Source of the DNA: Antedon mediterranea
Taxonomy: Eukaryota; Animalia; Echinodermata
DNA: 64,000 nucleotides
Direction of reading: 5' to 3'
Assembly (NCBI RefSeq): GCF_964355755.1
Contig: NC_092670.1
Coordinates: 10,340,795 to 10,404,794 of the forward strand
The first letter of the stretch is position 1. Each line of letters begins with the position of its first letter. Position numbers and translations under genes: made by a program. Positions 25,071 to 38,317 of the stretch are shown one piece after another. The notes beneath the pieces are model-generated. The model saw only the letters and a list, made by a program, of their open reading frames with translations. It was not told where the DNA came from and did not search any database.

Positions 25071-27018
25071 ATTCTTTTAAAGCTCAGGTACAGGCATGAA
25101 TTTGAAATATAATATCGGGTTAATTGTACATAAATCAAATATTTGTAACAGAAATCAATATGAAAAAAAACAAAGACATGACAATTCGGTGCTTACTGAT
25201 TTTGTATTGTGTTTCTTTTCGGTGTAAAATCGTGTTTTTCTTTGCTTATTCAAATTTTGATGATTATGCTAATAATACAATTATACTTTTGCATAATATA
25301 AATCTAAAGTAAACAGCTAATAATTATACTGTATTTATTTTTGCCTTAATTGTTGTTTTTGCATTGAAATTAATTAGAAAATTAAGACAATTTGATGCTT
25401 AAGGTATTTTTTTTGTCGATTAAAAATATTATTTGCTAATTATAATTTTGCTGATTATGCTAATTATAATTTTGCTGATTATGCTAATTATAATTGTGCA
25501 TAATTAAAAATCTAAATATATAAGAGTGAGTTAATGGTTTTTACCAATATCGTTATCTGTGCATATTTTATGTTCGCATGGTAATCGAATTTTGCTTGGA
25601 ATAAGATATTAAAAATCTACCGGAAGAAAATGTTGTAATTTTATGATTTTGAATATAAACAGGTTGTTAAATGTATGTTTTCCATGTGTCTTTATTATGA
25701 AATATTACAATATATGTCTGGGCATTTTATATCGAAAAGGCATTATTTTCGCGAATGTTAAATGTATGTTTTTCGTAGGTATTTTATATTATAAAATATG
25801 ATTATTTTCGCGAATGATAAATGTGTTTGTTGCATTAATATTTTATATTTTAACAAAGGTAATTGTTTTTTGTTTGTTTGTACTTTGTACACTTATTTTA
25901 TAGTATTACGGTACTGTAATATCTGTTTGTTCCAAATAATATTGAATTCCGGCATGATTACATTGGTTGTATATGGTTTACCAATCTACATATAGTAACA
26001 CCTTTGGGCCACAGCGAAGTGTCCCCTTAATAGGAGTGTCCTTTAAATAGGATTTGGCTAAAATGTTAAAAATTTACCTTTCATATTTCACGAGAAATTG
26101 TCCCCTTAATAGGAGTGTCCTTTAAATAGGATTTGGCTAAAATGTTCACATATTGCCATTTATTTATTGCACGAGAAAGTGTGTTATTAGGGGTGTTGAA
26201 ATGGTGGGCGTTCTACTGTAGTATGGTTTCACGTTGAAAGATATAGAAAAAGTGCAGTCCCATATACCTTATCTCGCTTCTAAATGAATAATATCAATAA
26301 TAATATTTAGAATATGTAAATATCCTTGTAATTTAGCTTTGGCTGCAATGACGATATTTGAAATAATGAAATGAATGGAAAAAATGAAATGAATAATGAT
26401 TTTAAAGCATAAGCCAGCAATATGCCTGTATATGTTACACAAATTAATCCTCTAGTCAATTATCCGTCATATAAAGGAATAAATTTCAATTGTAATGAAC
26501 TCTGATTAAATGAACTTCTACATAAAATCAATGTTTTATTTTATGTCAGAGCTACGTGCCGAAAAATAAATTTGCGACTACATAAATTCTAGCAGATCGT
26601 GATTAGATTAGCCCTTTGAGGTAAACAAGTGGAGAAAAGTAACTTGTATTCTCATTCAATAAACCATTATTAAAGTCATGTACGACTATTACAAGACCAA
26701 CTACCAAGAGAAACATAATAACAATCGCCAAATTGTAAACCTGGTTTCATGAATGCCGAGCTGGATGAAGTGATTTTGTCTGTTTTGCGTAAACAAAGAA
26801 TTAAAGATGGTTTTAGTCGCGGATAATGTCTTTATTTTTACTTTGAATTTAAGCATCGAGCAAGGAAAGGCTTAAATAATAAATAGATGTTTTTATTTAG
26901 AACGTCTGCGAGATTGAAAAGTCGGCGAGTCCATTTTAGCCTTAAAGCAACACGTAGAGAAAAGAAAAAATTAATGAATAAACCATGGCTTATTACACCA
27001 TACAAACAAGTCGATTAA

Positions 27019-27163
27019 ACCTATGTCTACACTATCAAACTCCTTTGACAAAAAAAGTGATATATATTGCAGAGATATGCCCAAGTATGGTATTGATATG
27101 ACATCATCATGTCCATATATGGTCACATGTTGTCACATCAAGTTTGAGAGTGTGGACAGAGCT
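27019..27163. mobile_element. Harbinger-type MITE
   Basis: Imperfect 23-bp TIR (ACCTATGTCTACACTATCAAACT vs AGCTCTGTCCACACTCTCAAACT); flanks TAA/TCA. Confidence 0.6.
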
Positions 27164-27737
27164 TCAGTCCTACCATGGAGAAATAAGTTATTTCTCCATG
27201 GTCCTACTATGTTATGTTCTAATGTATCTATACTATACAAGTTTGTTTATTACACCGACGTGGATGTGATGCTGAGACTGAGAATATAAATGTTTTTGGT
27301 CCAGAATAAATGTTCATCTTAAATCTTCGTGTTTAAAATTGCTATTGTTATTATAAAAATATAACCACTTTGCAACATTAATTTCAAGCTCAGTTGTTTT
27401 TTTGTTGAAAATATTTATATTTCGTAATAAATAATATAGAAACTAAACTCGATGCTCAAAAACATCGCTCATATTTTATTCAAATCACGCAAATTGCGTC
27501 ATCGGTATTATAACAACTTCGGTTAATTTTTTCCAATACTCTTTTATCATAAACCACAAACACGGCATATTGGCCGAGACAATTATTTTGATACTACACA
27601 GAGACTTAAGAATAAGCATACAACATCATTTTCTGACATGTTGGGAAAGAATGAATGGAACAAAGGTATATATATATAAACTTTATTTAGACACGAGACA
27701 GAAACGAAAAAATTGAAATTGAAAAGAAACGAAATTA

Positions 27738-27844
27738 CAGCAGAATCCCCTTCATCTGACACCTCTATTAGGGTACACCATACCGGTACTTCCCGTGTAA
27801 ACGGAAACCCTTATCGAAGTGTATAATTTATGGGGATTCTACTG
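27738..27844. mobile_element. Tc1/mariner-pogo-type MITE
   Basis: TIR CAG(C/T)AGAATCCCC with TA on both sides. Related remnants lie near 25995-26218 and 28900-29040. Confidence 0.65.
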
Positions 27845-30471
27845 TAATACATAATAAATCTTTTTGATTTCATTTACCTTAAAATAATAGTAGATAAAAC
27901 ACACATTTTACATAGTATTTAGCCATTTTAAAAGTTGGATGTACACCATCGTAGATTACCATACCATTATGTTTTACAATGCATATAGGGTTGCTACTGT
28001 CATTCTCGCGTTCAAAAAATCGTTTTTAATTTCTATGCGCCCGTAAACTATGCCTCCATTATTTAGCGATGGTGGATTGTTGATATTGCTTTCACTGTCA
28101 AGGACAACATTTAAAAGACGCGCGCGTTCACATTCTGATGAATTTAATTTACCGCGCGTGTAAAAGAATTTTACAGACGTGCGCGTTCAAATGCTGATAG
28201 AATTCGTTCGTTTGTACGCATGTATCTCCTTCTTGGTGTACAAGTTCACACCGTATAATCAGTTTTACTTGTACTGGATTGTATTCTTATGTAGTATAAA
28301 CATTGCTATGAAACGCTAATTCGGTTTTTTTAAATGATAATAATGTTTTTTTTTTGTTGAAACCAGGTTGTTTATGCGTATTGCTGTTTCATTGATATTT
28401 CTTTAAAAAGTTTCTTTACCTTCTAACATAACATTTTTCACCGTTGATTTCTGTTACGTAATCAGTTTTATCGTTGAATGAAGGGTTGTCCGCTATGATC
28501 TTCGCGAAACGAAGTTTACCTTAGATATGGAAGATGTTTCTTTTTCTCATTTGATGATCTATTTGTTGATGATCTGTCTCTGATTTCATAAGCTTCAAAA
28601 TGAGCTCACTTTTTAGATTGCAGATTCAATTATTTTCTCCGCTTCACGTGATCTACTTGTTAATGACTCCTTATGAACTACTTTTGAGGAAATTGCTTTA
28701 CTTACAAAATCCTTGGTGGCGCTATTATTAATTACATGTGATAATATTGAAGAAAATAATAGATGATTTCTTAGATGATTTAGTTTGCGATAGACTGAAG
28801 TTAAAATAACACACCTCGGGCAGCAGGTAAGCGATTTATTTATTATTACTGTTGTACTGTAATTATATCATGTATAATGTATACAGGTGCATACTACTGT
28901 AGGCCTCCTAGTTCCCTTTGAAGTGGGCACTCAACAGCAAGTCCATAACAGTTAACCCTTTTTAGAGGACACACATATTGTATGAATTGAAGGGAACACT
29001 TCGTTGGTCCCCAAAGGTGTTCTCATCATAATAGGGATTCTCCTTATTTGCTATTTCATAACATTCAGTGACTTAACGGGAGACATAAAGTAGACGCGCG
29101 TGTACTAAAGTGACCTTAATTATTTTTGTCAGTTTTTGAGCGTGCGCGTCACATCATGGTTGCCAACAGCTCTTCGTTGGATACAGACGTAAAATAGACC
29201 TAAAATGATAAATTTCAATTCACAGAAACATCGAATGATGTGATGGATGTATCGCAAGCATACTATTTTTATTTGTGCATACACCATGAAAACAATGATA
29301 TATTTTTTATGTGTAATTTCTTCACGGTTTAAAGAGTTCCAAGCCGGGATTAGGAATATAGTCTTGGTTTCTCACTATGACGCAACGTAAGGACGTAAGC
29401 GCAAAACAAGTAATTCTCACTTTGGCGTTGCGTTCTGTGGGAAACAATTTGTGTATTTTAAAAGTTTAGTTTTATATAATATATTTTTAATGTATAGGCC
29501 TATGCCTATATATTTTTGTTTCAAAATCTTCAAATTGAAACTCATTTAAAACTTGGTTTGCCCTTTTTTGTTTACAAAATCACTTTATTCGGGTTTATGT
29601 ATTTATACACTGAGCATTTGAAAATATTTGAATTGGCGCGTAATACTTGTTTGTCCATATTATTATTCAAGATATCCTAACCACTTATCAGATAGATGCA
29701 CCCCAAGACACCCCCTTTTCCCATTAACAAAATGTAAAACGTCGTAAGCCCCATTAACCCAAGTCTGACGTGCTCCTATGCTAAAAAGAAAGCAGATTTG
29801 GCTGATTTTCATCATGAAACACGTTAACACAGGACCCCGTAGGCGCGCCTACATGAAGAAAAATTGGGTGTGATTTAAACCGGCCTTAAGCCTACTTTGT
29901 AAAGTTTAATCGAAATGAATTTGTACTTAAGGCATTGGATTAATCATACCCATCCGGTTCCTTGCATCACATCTACTGTGTCGATAATTATCACTATCAA
30001 GGATTCTATATACTAAGTATATTCTAGTTCTCGGTACTGTATCTAGATTTCTCCACAGTGTCAGAACAATTCCGTAATACAGCGGTACATGTTTCACATG
30101 GTATCAAACCTACCCATGATACATGCACTAAAATGTGATACACATTAAACTCTGCATCATTTAAGGTTATTGTTAAAAGTGATGCTGTATATACGGTATT
30201 TAGACCTTTATGCCTACTGTGAAAATATCATCGTAATATTAGGATATACAGTAGGCCTACTGGGAATCCGGTCACTACGAGTCTCTTTAAATAATTTTCT
30301 GATTTATTCCACAACATATTGGTGTACTGAATAATGATGTCGACTCTCTCATCTTATAATTAGGTACCTCAGTTGATTGCATATAATTCTCTATGGACAG
30401 TACATCAATTTCAAGCACTATAGATTAAAATTATTCTTATAATATTATTATTTCTAACTTCCAATCATTAA

Positions 30472-30631
30472 AGCTTGGTTCCCACTAGGATGCAACACAA
30501 GCACGTAGACCCAACGCAAGCGAGTTGATGACCAATCACACGCGACTATTCGAATAATTCATCGCTTGAGATTGGTCAAATCACTTGCGTTGCGTTACGT
30601 CTTAGCGTTGCGTCCAAGTGGGAACCAAGCT
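30472..30631. mobile_element. Harbinger-type MITE (AGCTTGGTTCCCACTAG family)
   Basis: TIR AGCTTGGTTCCCACT...AGTGGGAACCAAGCT with TAA duplication. Relatives near 29360, 31603 and 33120-35092. Confidence 0.85.
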
Positions 30632-30888
30632 TAATAGGCCTAATATTGTTTTTTTGGGACCTTAGGGATAACAGTATGATAATGTATTTATTTATGATTA
30701 GGGTTGTATGCAAACGTTTCTCTTCTTGCAAGATCGACATTTCACGGAATTTTCCAGATACTAGAATCCAGCAAACTTCGTCATTGCAAGTTTTGGTAGA
30801 GTTTTTACATGTTGTAGAATAGACTTCGGGAAAACAAACAGATTATGTGAGAATTGTGAATGATACCAAAATCAAATCTCTGGCATAA

Positions 30889-31085
30889 AGGCTGATTTAA
30901 ACAGACGAGCGGTAACGGTAAGCGGACAAAACCGCGTAGCTTGTCCCACGTAGAATATGTATCTATCCTGAGCGGAAACCGCTCGTCCGCTCCGCGTTGT
31001 GTGTAAATGATCATAATGAATAACATAGATTCTATATTTTTATTACCGTTACCGCTCGTTTAAATGTGTAAGTGTAAATTGGCCT
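30889..31085. mobile_element. Harbinger-type MITE
   Basis: Ends AGGCTGATTTAAAC / GTGTAAATTGGCCT, internal inverted ACGAGCGGTAACGGTAA, TAA duplication. Confidence 0.7.
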
Positions 31086-31402
31086 TAAGGGACATACACA
31101 CACACAGCGCTGGTTTTACAATGATTGGGACTGATGGTGATACGGATGATAAGAATGATGACAACGGCGACTACTGCAACCAATAGAAAACTCGGTTGCT
31201 CGTTTATGAGACGATTAATCGTGTTCCGTAGATTACATGATCAGTGCAAGATTTATGACGGATTTTGAAGCTTTCGATAGTGATCCGATAATCAACGTTG
31301 AACTACGCGGATGGTTTTATTTCGTAGTTTAAACAAACATAATTGAGCTCAAGTCCACGAAAAGATAATCTCATCGATATGCAAAATAAAGTGTTTTCAG
31401 TG

Positions 31403-31538
31403 CAGGGGCGTAACGACTAGCGCTCACTGGCTAAACCCAGGGGCTCCGGAGCTTATGGGGCCGGGGGACCATGAGCAGTGCCCAGAAGAAGAAAGAGTTT
31501 CTAAACCAGGGGCCTCAGGCCTCTGCCTTACGTCTCTG
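31403..31538. mobile_element. hAT-type MITE
   Basis: TIR CAGGGGCGTAA / CAGAGACGTAA; 8-bp duplication TTTCAGTG / GTTCAGTG (7 of 8 match). Confidence 0.65.
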
Positions 31539-31899
31539 GTTCAGTGCGTACGTAAATGAACGTGCGTACAGTAGTCTACGTAGAAAACTACTCTGCTTTG
31601 AGCTTTGTTTCCACTGAGACGCAACGCAAGTGTGTCATCGCTTGTGATTGGCCAAACACTTATGCTGCGCTTACGTTCTTGCTTTGCTCTAGGATAGTTA
31701 AATAAAGCATTACTATTTAAACTTAGGTGTAATTTGCCCTGACCGTTTTGCTCTTTAGAAAGCCGCCTACTACAAAATTACGAATATTAATTAACTAAAC
31801 TTAAAGTAGATGAAAAGTGACACTAGACAGCTAGAAGTTTACCGTATGTATTTGTGTAGTTAACAGTAATTTAGATTGTAAACAACGAATTACTGGTTA

Positions 31900-32147
31900 T
31901 ATTTTACAAAGTTTAGAGAGTGATATGATGAGGCATGGGTTCGAGCCTGCCTGTGCCATATTGATTGCATCCTTAAGATACTTTACTCTCGTTGCCTTGT
32001 CATTCAGATCGGACGTAAAGTAGTTGGTCCCGTGTAAATATTATGTGCACGGAAAAAGTAGTGGATCGTCATCCTCTGCACTGTGACTGCCGTGGGTTCA
32101 CGTAGGGACCTCAAGTAAGCTTGAGGACGATTACATTTACATTTTAG
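31900..32147 (+). mobile_element. Decayed tRNA-derived SINE
   Basis: B-box-like GGGTTCGAGCC near 31937, a central body (ACTTTACTCTCGTTGCC...GGTCCCGTGT) and an (ATTTAC)n-like tail. Confidence 0.45.
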
Positions 32148-32750
32148 TTGATGAGCAGTTTCATAAATAGGCATATTTAATATGCAAGAAAAAAAACAAT
32201 AGACGTGCTTTCAATACGTGTATCTACTTCATAAACAATGTTTTTCAGCAAGAACGGTATTAGTAGCCTAATGAAATGCTCGTTATCACTTCGTATCCAA
32301 TGTGTATACATTTCAGTATTTAGTTTTATACACAGACGTACTTTTGATGTATATTGAAAATGATACTGGGATTTATCCGAGACAACAATGACGTTGTATC
32401 TGCTTCCCGATCTGCTTTTAGAAAAGCTTAATTTTCCATCAAATTATTTTTACGTTTCTTGTTCTGAAGGTACTATTTTCTCCTTTTCACACTCGGCGTC
32501 TACTTAAAAAAATCTGCACATATTTAAAATAACATAAGGACTAAATTTGGCAAAATAAAAGTAAACTCAGTGAATCTACATGAATCGTTCTTTTTTTTTA
32601 AAACAAACCACAGACAAGCAAAGCAATCAGATTTAGACGCTACACGTTTATTTTGATTTTCCAAACTTAATATGTGTTACGTACTGTAAATCTGTCTTTA
32701 AAGTCAGTATAGGTGCGTTTTTAATTTCATATTAATTTTGTTATTATAGA

Positions 32751-33095
32751 ATGGACGATAATGCTACCTTTCCAGCCGCTGGAATCAACGACTATGACAT
32801 TTCGTACGGGAACGATTATTACGACATAGTAAACATGTTAGACGTCGAACAGATCGCCATACCGTTTACGTGGACGTTGTTCATTGTGGTTGGTTTAGGC
32901 TGTAACAGTCTTATCATTTACGTGGTGTGTAGGTTCGGTACAATGAGAACTGTTACTAACTGCTACATTGTCAATATCTCAGTTACGGATATTATGTTTC
33001 TGGTATTGTGTGCTCCCTTCACTATCTTCACGTATACAAAACATGTGTGGATCTTTGGAAACGCGCTGTGTCGTATCGTTATGTATCTCATGCAG
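32751..33095 (+). CDS. Kisspeptin-receptor (GPR54)/galanin-receptor-like class A GPCR, coding exon 1 (N-terminus to TM3)
   Basis: N-glycosylation sequon NAT; MRTVTNCYIVNISVTDIMFLVLCAPFT (TM2); WIFGNALC. Donor CAG|GTGTGT at 33096, phase 0. An acceptor AG at 32748-32749 just before the ATG suggests a 5' UTR intron. Confidence 0.93.
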
Positions 33096-33235
33096 GTGTG
33101 TTAATTCATTGTGCATATAACTTTTTTCCTACTTGGACCAACATGGTAATTTGACCAATCACTAGGCGATGGATCTTCTGAATTTAATTACTTGTATCGG
33201 TAAACTCACTTGCGTTGTAACTGCGTCCAAGCTGA

Positions 33236-35092
33236 AGCGTGGTTCCCACTAGCGCCGCAACACAAGGACGTAACGCAACGCAAGTGAATTGACCAATCAC
33301 AAGCGATGGCTTATTCGCTTGTGATTGCTAACTGTCTATAACTTCTCTTGTCATTGGTTAAAACGCTTGCGTTGCGTTTACGTCTTTGCGTTACGTTCTA
33401 GTGGGAACCAAGCTTAAAGCGTGGTTCCCACTAGCGACGCAACGCAAGGACGTAACGCAACGCAAGTGAATTGACCAATAATAATAATAATAATAATAAT
33501 AATAAGATTTTTATAGCGCACATACCACTCCAGAGTGCTCAAGGCGCATTTAAAAATAAAAAAGAAATAAATCATACAAATTCCTGAAAAATAAAATGCA
33601 ATTTCTTTGGAGGGTCCCCATCCGTTGTCGTTCTGTCGCGGTCCCGGACCCCTACCTAGGTGACCAAACAAAGGAGCAGGATACACATTTGCCTTGCCAC
33701 AGACGACCGGGTGCTCAGAGACAACAACCAAGACAGAGGCACCCCAAAGATAATGCTGGCCAGGAAAAGGTATACAAAACAATTCTAAGTCTAAAAAACT
33801 TTAAGAAACCTCATGATTTCCATATGCCTTAATGAATAAATGTGTTTTTAATAATTTTTTAAAAGTATCAACAGTTTTGCAAAATCTTATAGAGCTCGGT
33901 AGAGCATTCCACAGACGAGGAGCAGTATCGGAGAATGCTCTGTCACCCCATGAGTGGTGAGACTTAGGCTGATGTAGAAGCAGCGAGTCACTAGAACGCA
34001 GATTACGTCCGGGAACATACAGCCTAAGCATGTCAGAAATATACTCAGGAGCCATGTCATTTATAGACTTAAAAACAAAGAGTAATATTTTAAAAACAAT
34101 GCGGTACCTAACAGGGAGCCAATGCAATATTTCCAAAGTATTTGATATGTGTCCATATCTTGGTAATTTTTTAACAACTCGTGCCGCTGTATTTTGAATC
34201 AGTTGGAGCCTGTGGAGTTGTTTTTGTGGTAGCCCGTATAGCAAAGAGTTTCCCATATCTAGTCGTGAAGTGACAAAAGCATGAACAAGTTGTTTAGCTG
34301 CTGTCTCATTTATAAACTTGCGAATCCTTCGAATGTTTCGCAAGTTAAAAGACGACGCAGAAATAGTTTTTGAGATATGAGAAATCATAGTCATACCCAC
34401 ATCCATTTCAACCCCAAGATTTCTAACCTGCCTAGCCGGGTCAATTTGGGTTTCACCAATGTGAATAAAGCTTGGTGGCAGTTTTTCCAACTGCTGTTTT
34501 GATCCAAAGAGAACAAATTCTGTTTTTTCATCATTTAATTTAAGAAAGTTGTTTTTCATCCAGACACGCAATTCATAGATACAATGTTGGAGCAATTCCA
34601 AAGAAATGTCACTGTGTTTCATAGTAGGTTTAAAAGAAATATAAATCTGAGTATCATCAGCATAAACATGATAGGACAGATCATATTTACTTATGATATC
34701 CCGTATCGGGTGTAAATAAATAGTAAACCATTGCGGCCCAAGAACAGATCCTTGTGGTACCGAAAAGTTTAGAAAAGAAGCTTTTGAAATAGCATCACCA
34801 ATACATACGTGTTGAGGTCGTTTTTCCAATCACAAGCGATGGCTTATTCGCTTGTGATTGCTAACTGTCTATAACTTCGCTTGTCATTGGTTAAAACGCT
34901 TGCGTTGCGTTGACGTCCTTGCGTTACGTTCTAGTGGGAACCAAGCTTTAGTCTTGGTTCGTACTAGGACGTAACGCAAGGACGTGAATGCAACGCAAGC
35001 GAACCGACCAATGATAAGCGACAGTTTCGTATAATTATGATTGGTCAAATTTCCATACTTTACTCTTACGTCGTTTCGTTGCGTCCTAGTGG
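33236..35092. mobile_element. Head-to-tail cluster of Harbinger-type MITEs in GPCR intron 1 (33236-33414; 33418-34947 interrupted by a LINE; a diverged copy at ~34950-35092)
   Basis: Each unit runs AGCGTGGTTCCCACTAG...CTAGTGGGAACCAAGCT; the first two share a single TAA at 33415-33417. Confidence 0.88.
33480..34825 (-). mobile_element. 5'-truncated L2-like LINE inserted into a MITE
   Basis: Uninterrupted ORF 33801-34829 (VPQGSVLGP, YADDTQIY, HAFVTSRLD, LHWLPV, RAFS..APRLWNALP); (TTA)n tail; CCAAT duplicated at both junctions. Confidence 0.95.
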
Positions 35093-35099
35093 GTTATAT

Positions 35100-35457
35100 G
35101 CGGCCGGGGAGCGATATTTCTTTTCCTACATAAGTTGGGGGCCACTCATGAAACGTCACAAAATAAACATGACTACTATTCATTAGTCATCATTAAGGTG
35201 TGACGTAAGAATTGATCTAACTACAATTCAATAACAACAATACAAATGAAAACGCTTTCTGTCGAGCCGTCAAATGGATTAGAATATGAACTTTACATGT
35301 CAATGTATCGGGTTCGAATCCCACGAGCAACTTATTTTTACTTTATAGTGAGAGAAATTATTTAGAGGGCTAGGTTCAGTTATTAGGAAGTAGTTTGGCT
35401 ATCTTTCACATAAGGGGTTCCCCAAATTATGTACGAAAAGAAAAATCGCGGCCGGGA
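35100..35457. mobile_element. TIR-bounded MITE; one end recurs at ~1905-1980
   Basis: GCGAT(A/T)TTTCTTTTC(C/G)TACATAA(G/T)TTGGGG is inverted at both ends; TACATAAGTTGGGG..CTCATGAAACGTCACAAAATAAACATG is shared with 1925-1970. Confidence 0.6.
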
Positions 35458-35881
35458 CGTGTTTCCTCGACATGATTTAGTGGTTTATAGGAGGTCGTCT
35501 AGGCGAGGCTCACCGACGAAACGTCAGTCAATCGAATTAATAGAACCGTCTAACAAAACTCACAAAATTTAATGATGGAATACGTCACACATGATTGTGT
35601 TCAATTTTGGAATGCCATGTTATATTTAATTTTAGTTTGTGCCTTCCATACCTGCTTTCTCTTGATGTAAAAAAGTGAAAATGATCACTCTTTTGTATTC
35701 CACTTTTAAAACAATTTACTCTTATAACGAGTGAAATATCCACTCGCTCTGTTTTCAATTATTTAGCTGGCCGGCTGATTCGTGTCGCACGAATATTTCA
35801 GGCATGGCAGCAGATGGTAATTATACCCTTTATTTCATTATTATATTGCTCTATATTATCAAAATGTAGTTATTTTTTAAG

Positions 35882-36017
35882 GTGTCTGTCCACGCGACGT
35901 CACTGACGTTAATGGCAATGAACATCGACCGATATTTTGCCATCGTGTATCCACTGAAATCCATCCGATATCGGACGCCTACCCTGGCACTCACTATCAA
36001 CATATCAATCTGGATCA
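35882..36017 (+). CDS. Kisspeptin-receptor-like GPCR, coding exon 2 (TM3, DRY, TM4)
   Basis: TTTTAAG|GTG acceptor; VSVHATSLTLMAMNIDRYFAIVYPLKS...SIWI; donor A|GTAAGT, phase 1. Confidence 0.93.
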
Positions 36018-36954
36018 GTAAGTACATATTTTATATGGAATTATATCGGAGGAAGACATGTTTTGAATACCGTTTATTCTTAGCCATTTTGTCCTGGAAC
36101 CTATACACTCGTCTTAATGAGAGGACAAGTCTGAGGGTAAAGACTATAGGAACCGTATGTTCACTGTCCACAATTGCTAGTGTTAATTGCTTGTGTGCAC
36201 TAGTACTATAATAAGTATTCGTGACACTTGTGAATGCGGCATAGTTTGTTAATAGTTCAACCGTGGCGTACGGTCTAGTTTTTTTAATACTTTGTAATAA
36301 TTTAGGTTATTGATAGATATAGACAGTATTAGTTTCAAGATTAATTTGATAATGAAAAAAGTATTGAATTAGTGTATGAGAGGAATGACACTGACTACAA
36401 GCGATGATCGTAATAAGATGGTTATATCAAGATGTCATTAGGTAAAGTGTGACTGACTATCGACAGTCATCTAGATACAAAAGTCCTAGGTATAGGTGTA
36501 ATAAGCATGGTGACGATTAAATTATACATTCACATAATATACAGCATCTAATTTATCACATGTGGAGCCTGTATCATGTAAGGTTAAGTTAAGGGTTAGG
36601 TTACTACACTAAATACACATGTGATCTATTCCCAAATATTCCTATGATACTTTGGAAATATAGATACAGTACCGAGAATCGGCTGGACACCTAACTCGAA
36701 AGAAAGTTTTCGTTAAATAACCTTTTATGCTGTCTTTGATAAAAATAATATTTATAAAATTCCAATAAATTTACGTCATGATAAATATAAAATCGTTGTA
36801 TTATCACGATGTTATTGCTCTTACTGATCATGACGTCATTTGATTGGACGTGTGAAAATATCATTTTCATAAAAGGAAGCATGGTTATTCTATATTTCTG
36901 GAATAAAAATTGCTATTTATTTAATACTTTTTAAATGAATTTTCTTCCATTTAG

Positions 36955-37529
36955 TTTCATCGCTTTTATCGATTCCAATTTCCATATTTTCAACGGTTAT
37001 GGATTTCAACGGAAGACATTACTGTGTTGAAGAGTTCAACGAACAAGGGTTGTTAGCGCACTACATTTACGTTGTGTTCAGTACCTACATAATCCCGCTC
37101 TCCGTCCTCGTTGTCTGCAACGTCAACATGTTGCGTCAACTGTGGAAGACGCGGGAACAGCTCCGAGACACAACATTAAGCCTGCACTCGATACAACAAC
37201 GAAAGAAAGTTACCAAGATGATACTGCTGGTTGTTGTCTTTTTCTTTATTTGTTGGTTACCGATACACGTGATAAATCTGTGGCAAAGACTCGGTAATAG
37301 TATCAACAATAACTTGGCCATTTCAAAGCTCAGGATTTTTGCTCTAACACTGGCGTACAGTAACTCGTGCGTAAACCCATTTGTGTACGCGTTCATGGGC
37401 GAGAATTTTCGCGCGTGTTTTAGAAGAGCATTCCCGATGTGTACAAAAGTGAACCGAGTGAGGAACAGTAGTATGTTATTAAACAACAATCGGACAAGAG
37501 AAACACAGGTACAAAAGGACACGGTTTAA
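36955..37529 (+). CDS. Kisspeptin-receptor-like GPCR, coding exon 3 (TM4-TM7 and C-tail); spliced protein is 351 aa
   Basis: TTTAG acceptor ends at 36954, in frame with ORF 36999-37529; YIIPL, FFICWLP, LAYSNSCVNPFVYAF; TAA stop. Exon lengths 345+136+575 = 1056 nt. Confidence 0.93.
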
Positions 37530-38317
37530 GCTATAAGATCTTATTAATACCTTTCCATTTCACGGAATGAAATAGGCCTACATCGTTTTAGAAGCAGGTT
37601 GAATACAAAAACAGCGACGTTTCCGTTCCAAATAGAATAAGCATTGAATGCAGAGATTTATTATGTCCTTCCGTAACCTGCTGAATAACGACAAGTCGAT
37701 TTTAATACTTTTTAATATATATATATGTATATATTTTAAAAAATGGCAACAACTAATAATAATATCTTAAACTATCATCAATTTCTTTCTGACGAAGGAA
37801 ACTGAGGCCTAGTGTTTGCAGGCTCATAGGATGATTGCTGATTCTTCATTTTCGCTTATTTTATTTTGCATTACCATTGCGATACAATAGTGGCCGTATT
37901 ATATTCACACAATTGAGATATTTCCCTAGTGTTTAATAAAATTATTATCACAATATCACTTTATAAAATTGTGTGTAACGTCTCTGTCTATGGGTGACAT
38001 GTCAACCACAAAATCCCGTGATTACGTTTCTATTATAATATATTTTTCCTGACAACTATTAAAATGAACAAAGTGCACCTTTTATAACATTCTGATGGCC
38101 TGTTTGCAGTAGGCTCTACTTTTGAATGAGCGCACTTGAGTGGTGTTAAGACTGCAATACAGTATCATGTGCGTGCTCTAAGCGATCGCATTACACTGTT
38201 TGTGTCGGACAATTACTCCGCGAAAAATATGTACAGGCTGTACGCGCGCCCTCTCTGAGGAGGATACAGAAGGTATCAGGTCAAGTCAGGTAGGGCTGTC
38301 GGTCCCGGTCTGTCTGG

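Noticed and set aside
37136-37522. 128-aa antisense ORF over GPCR exon 3
   Set aside because: Shadow ORF of a coding exon with no independent features.
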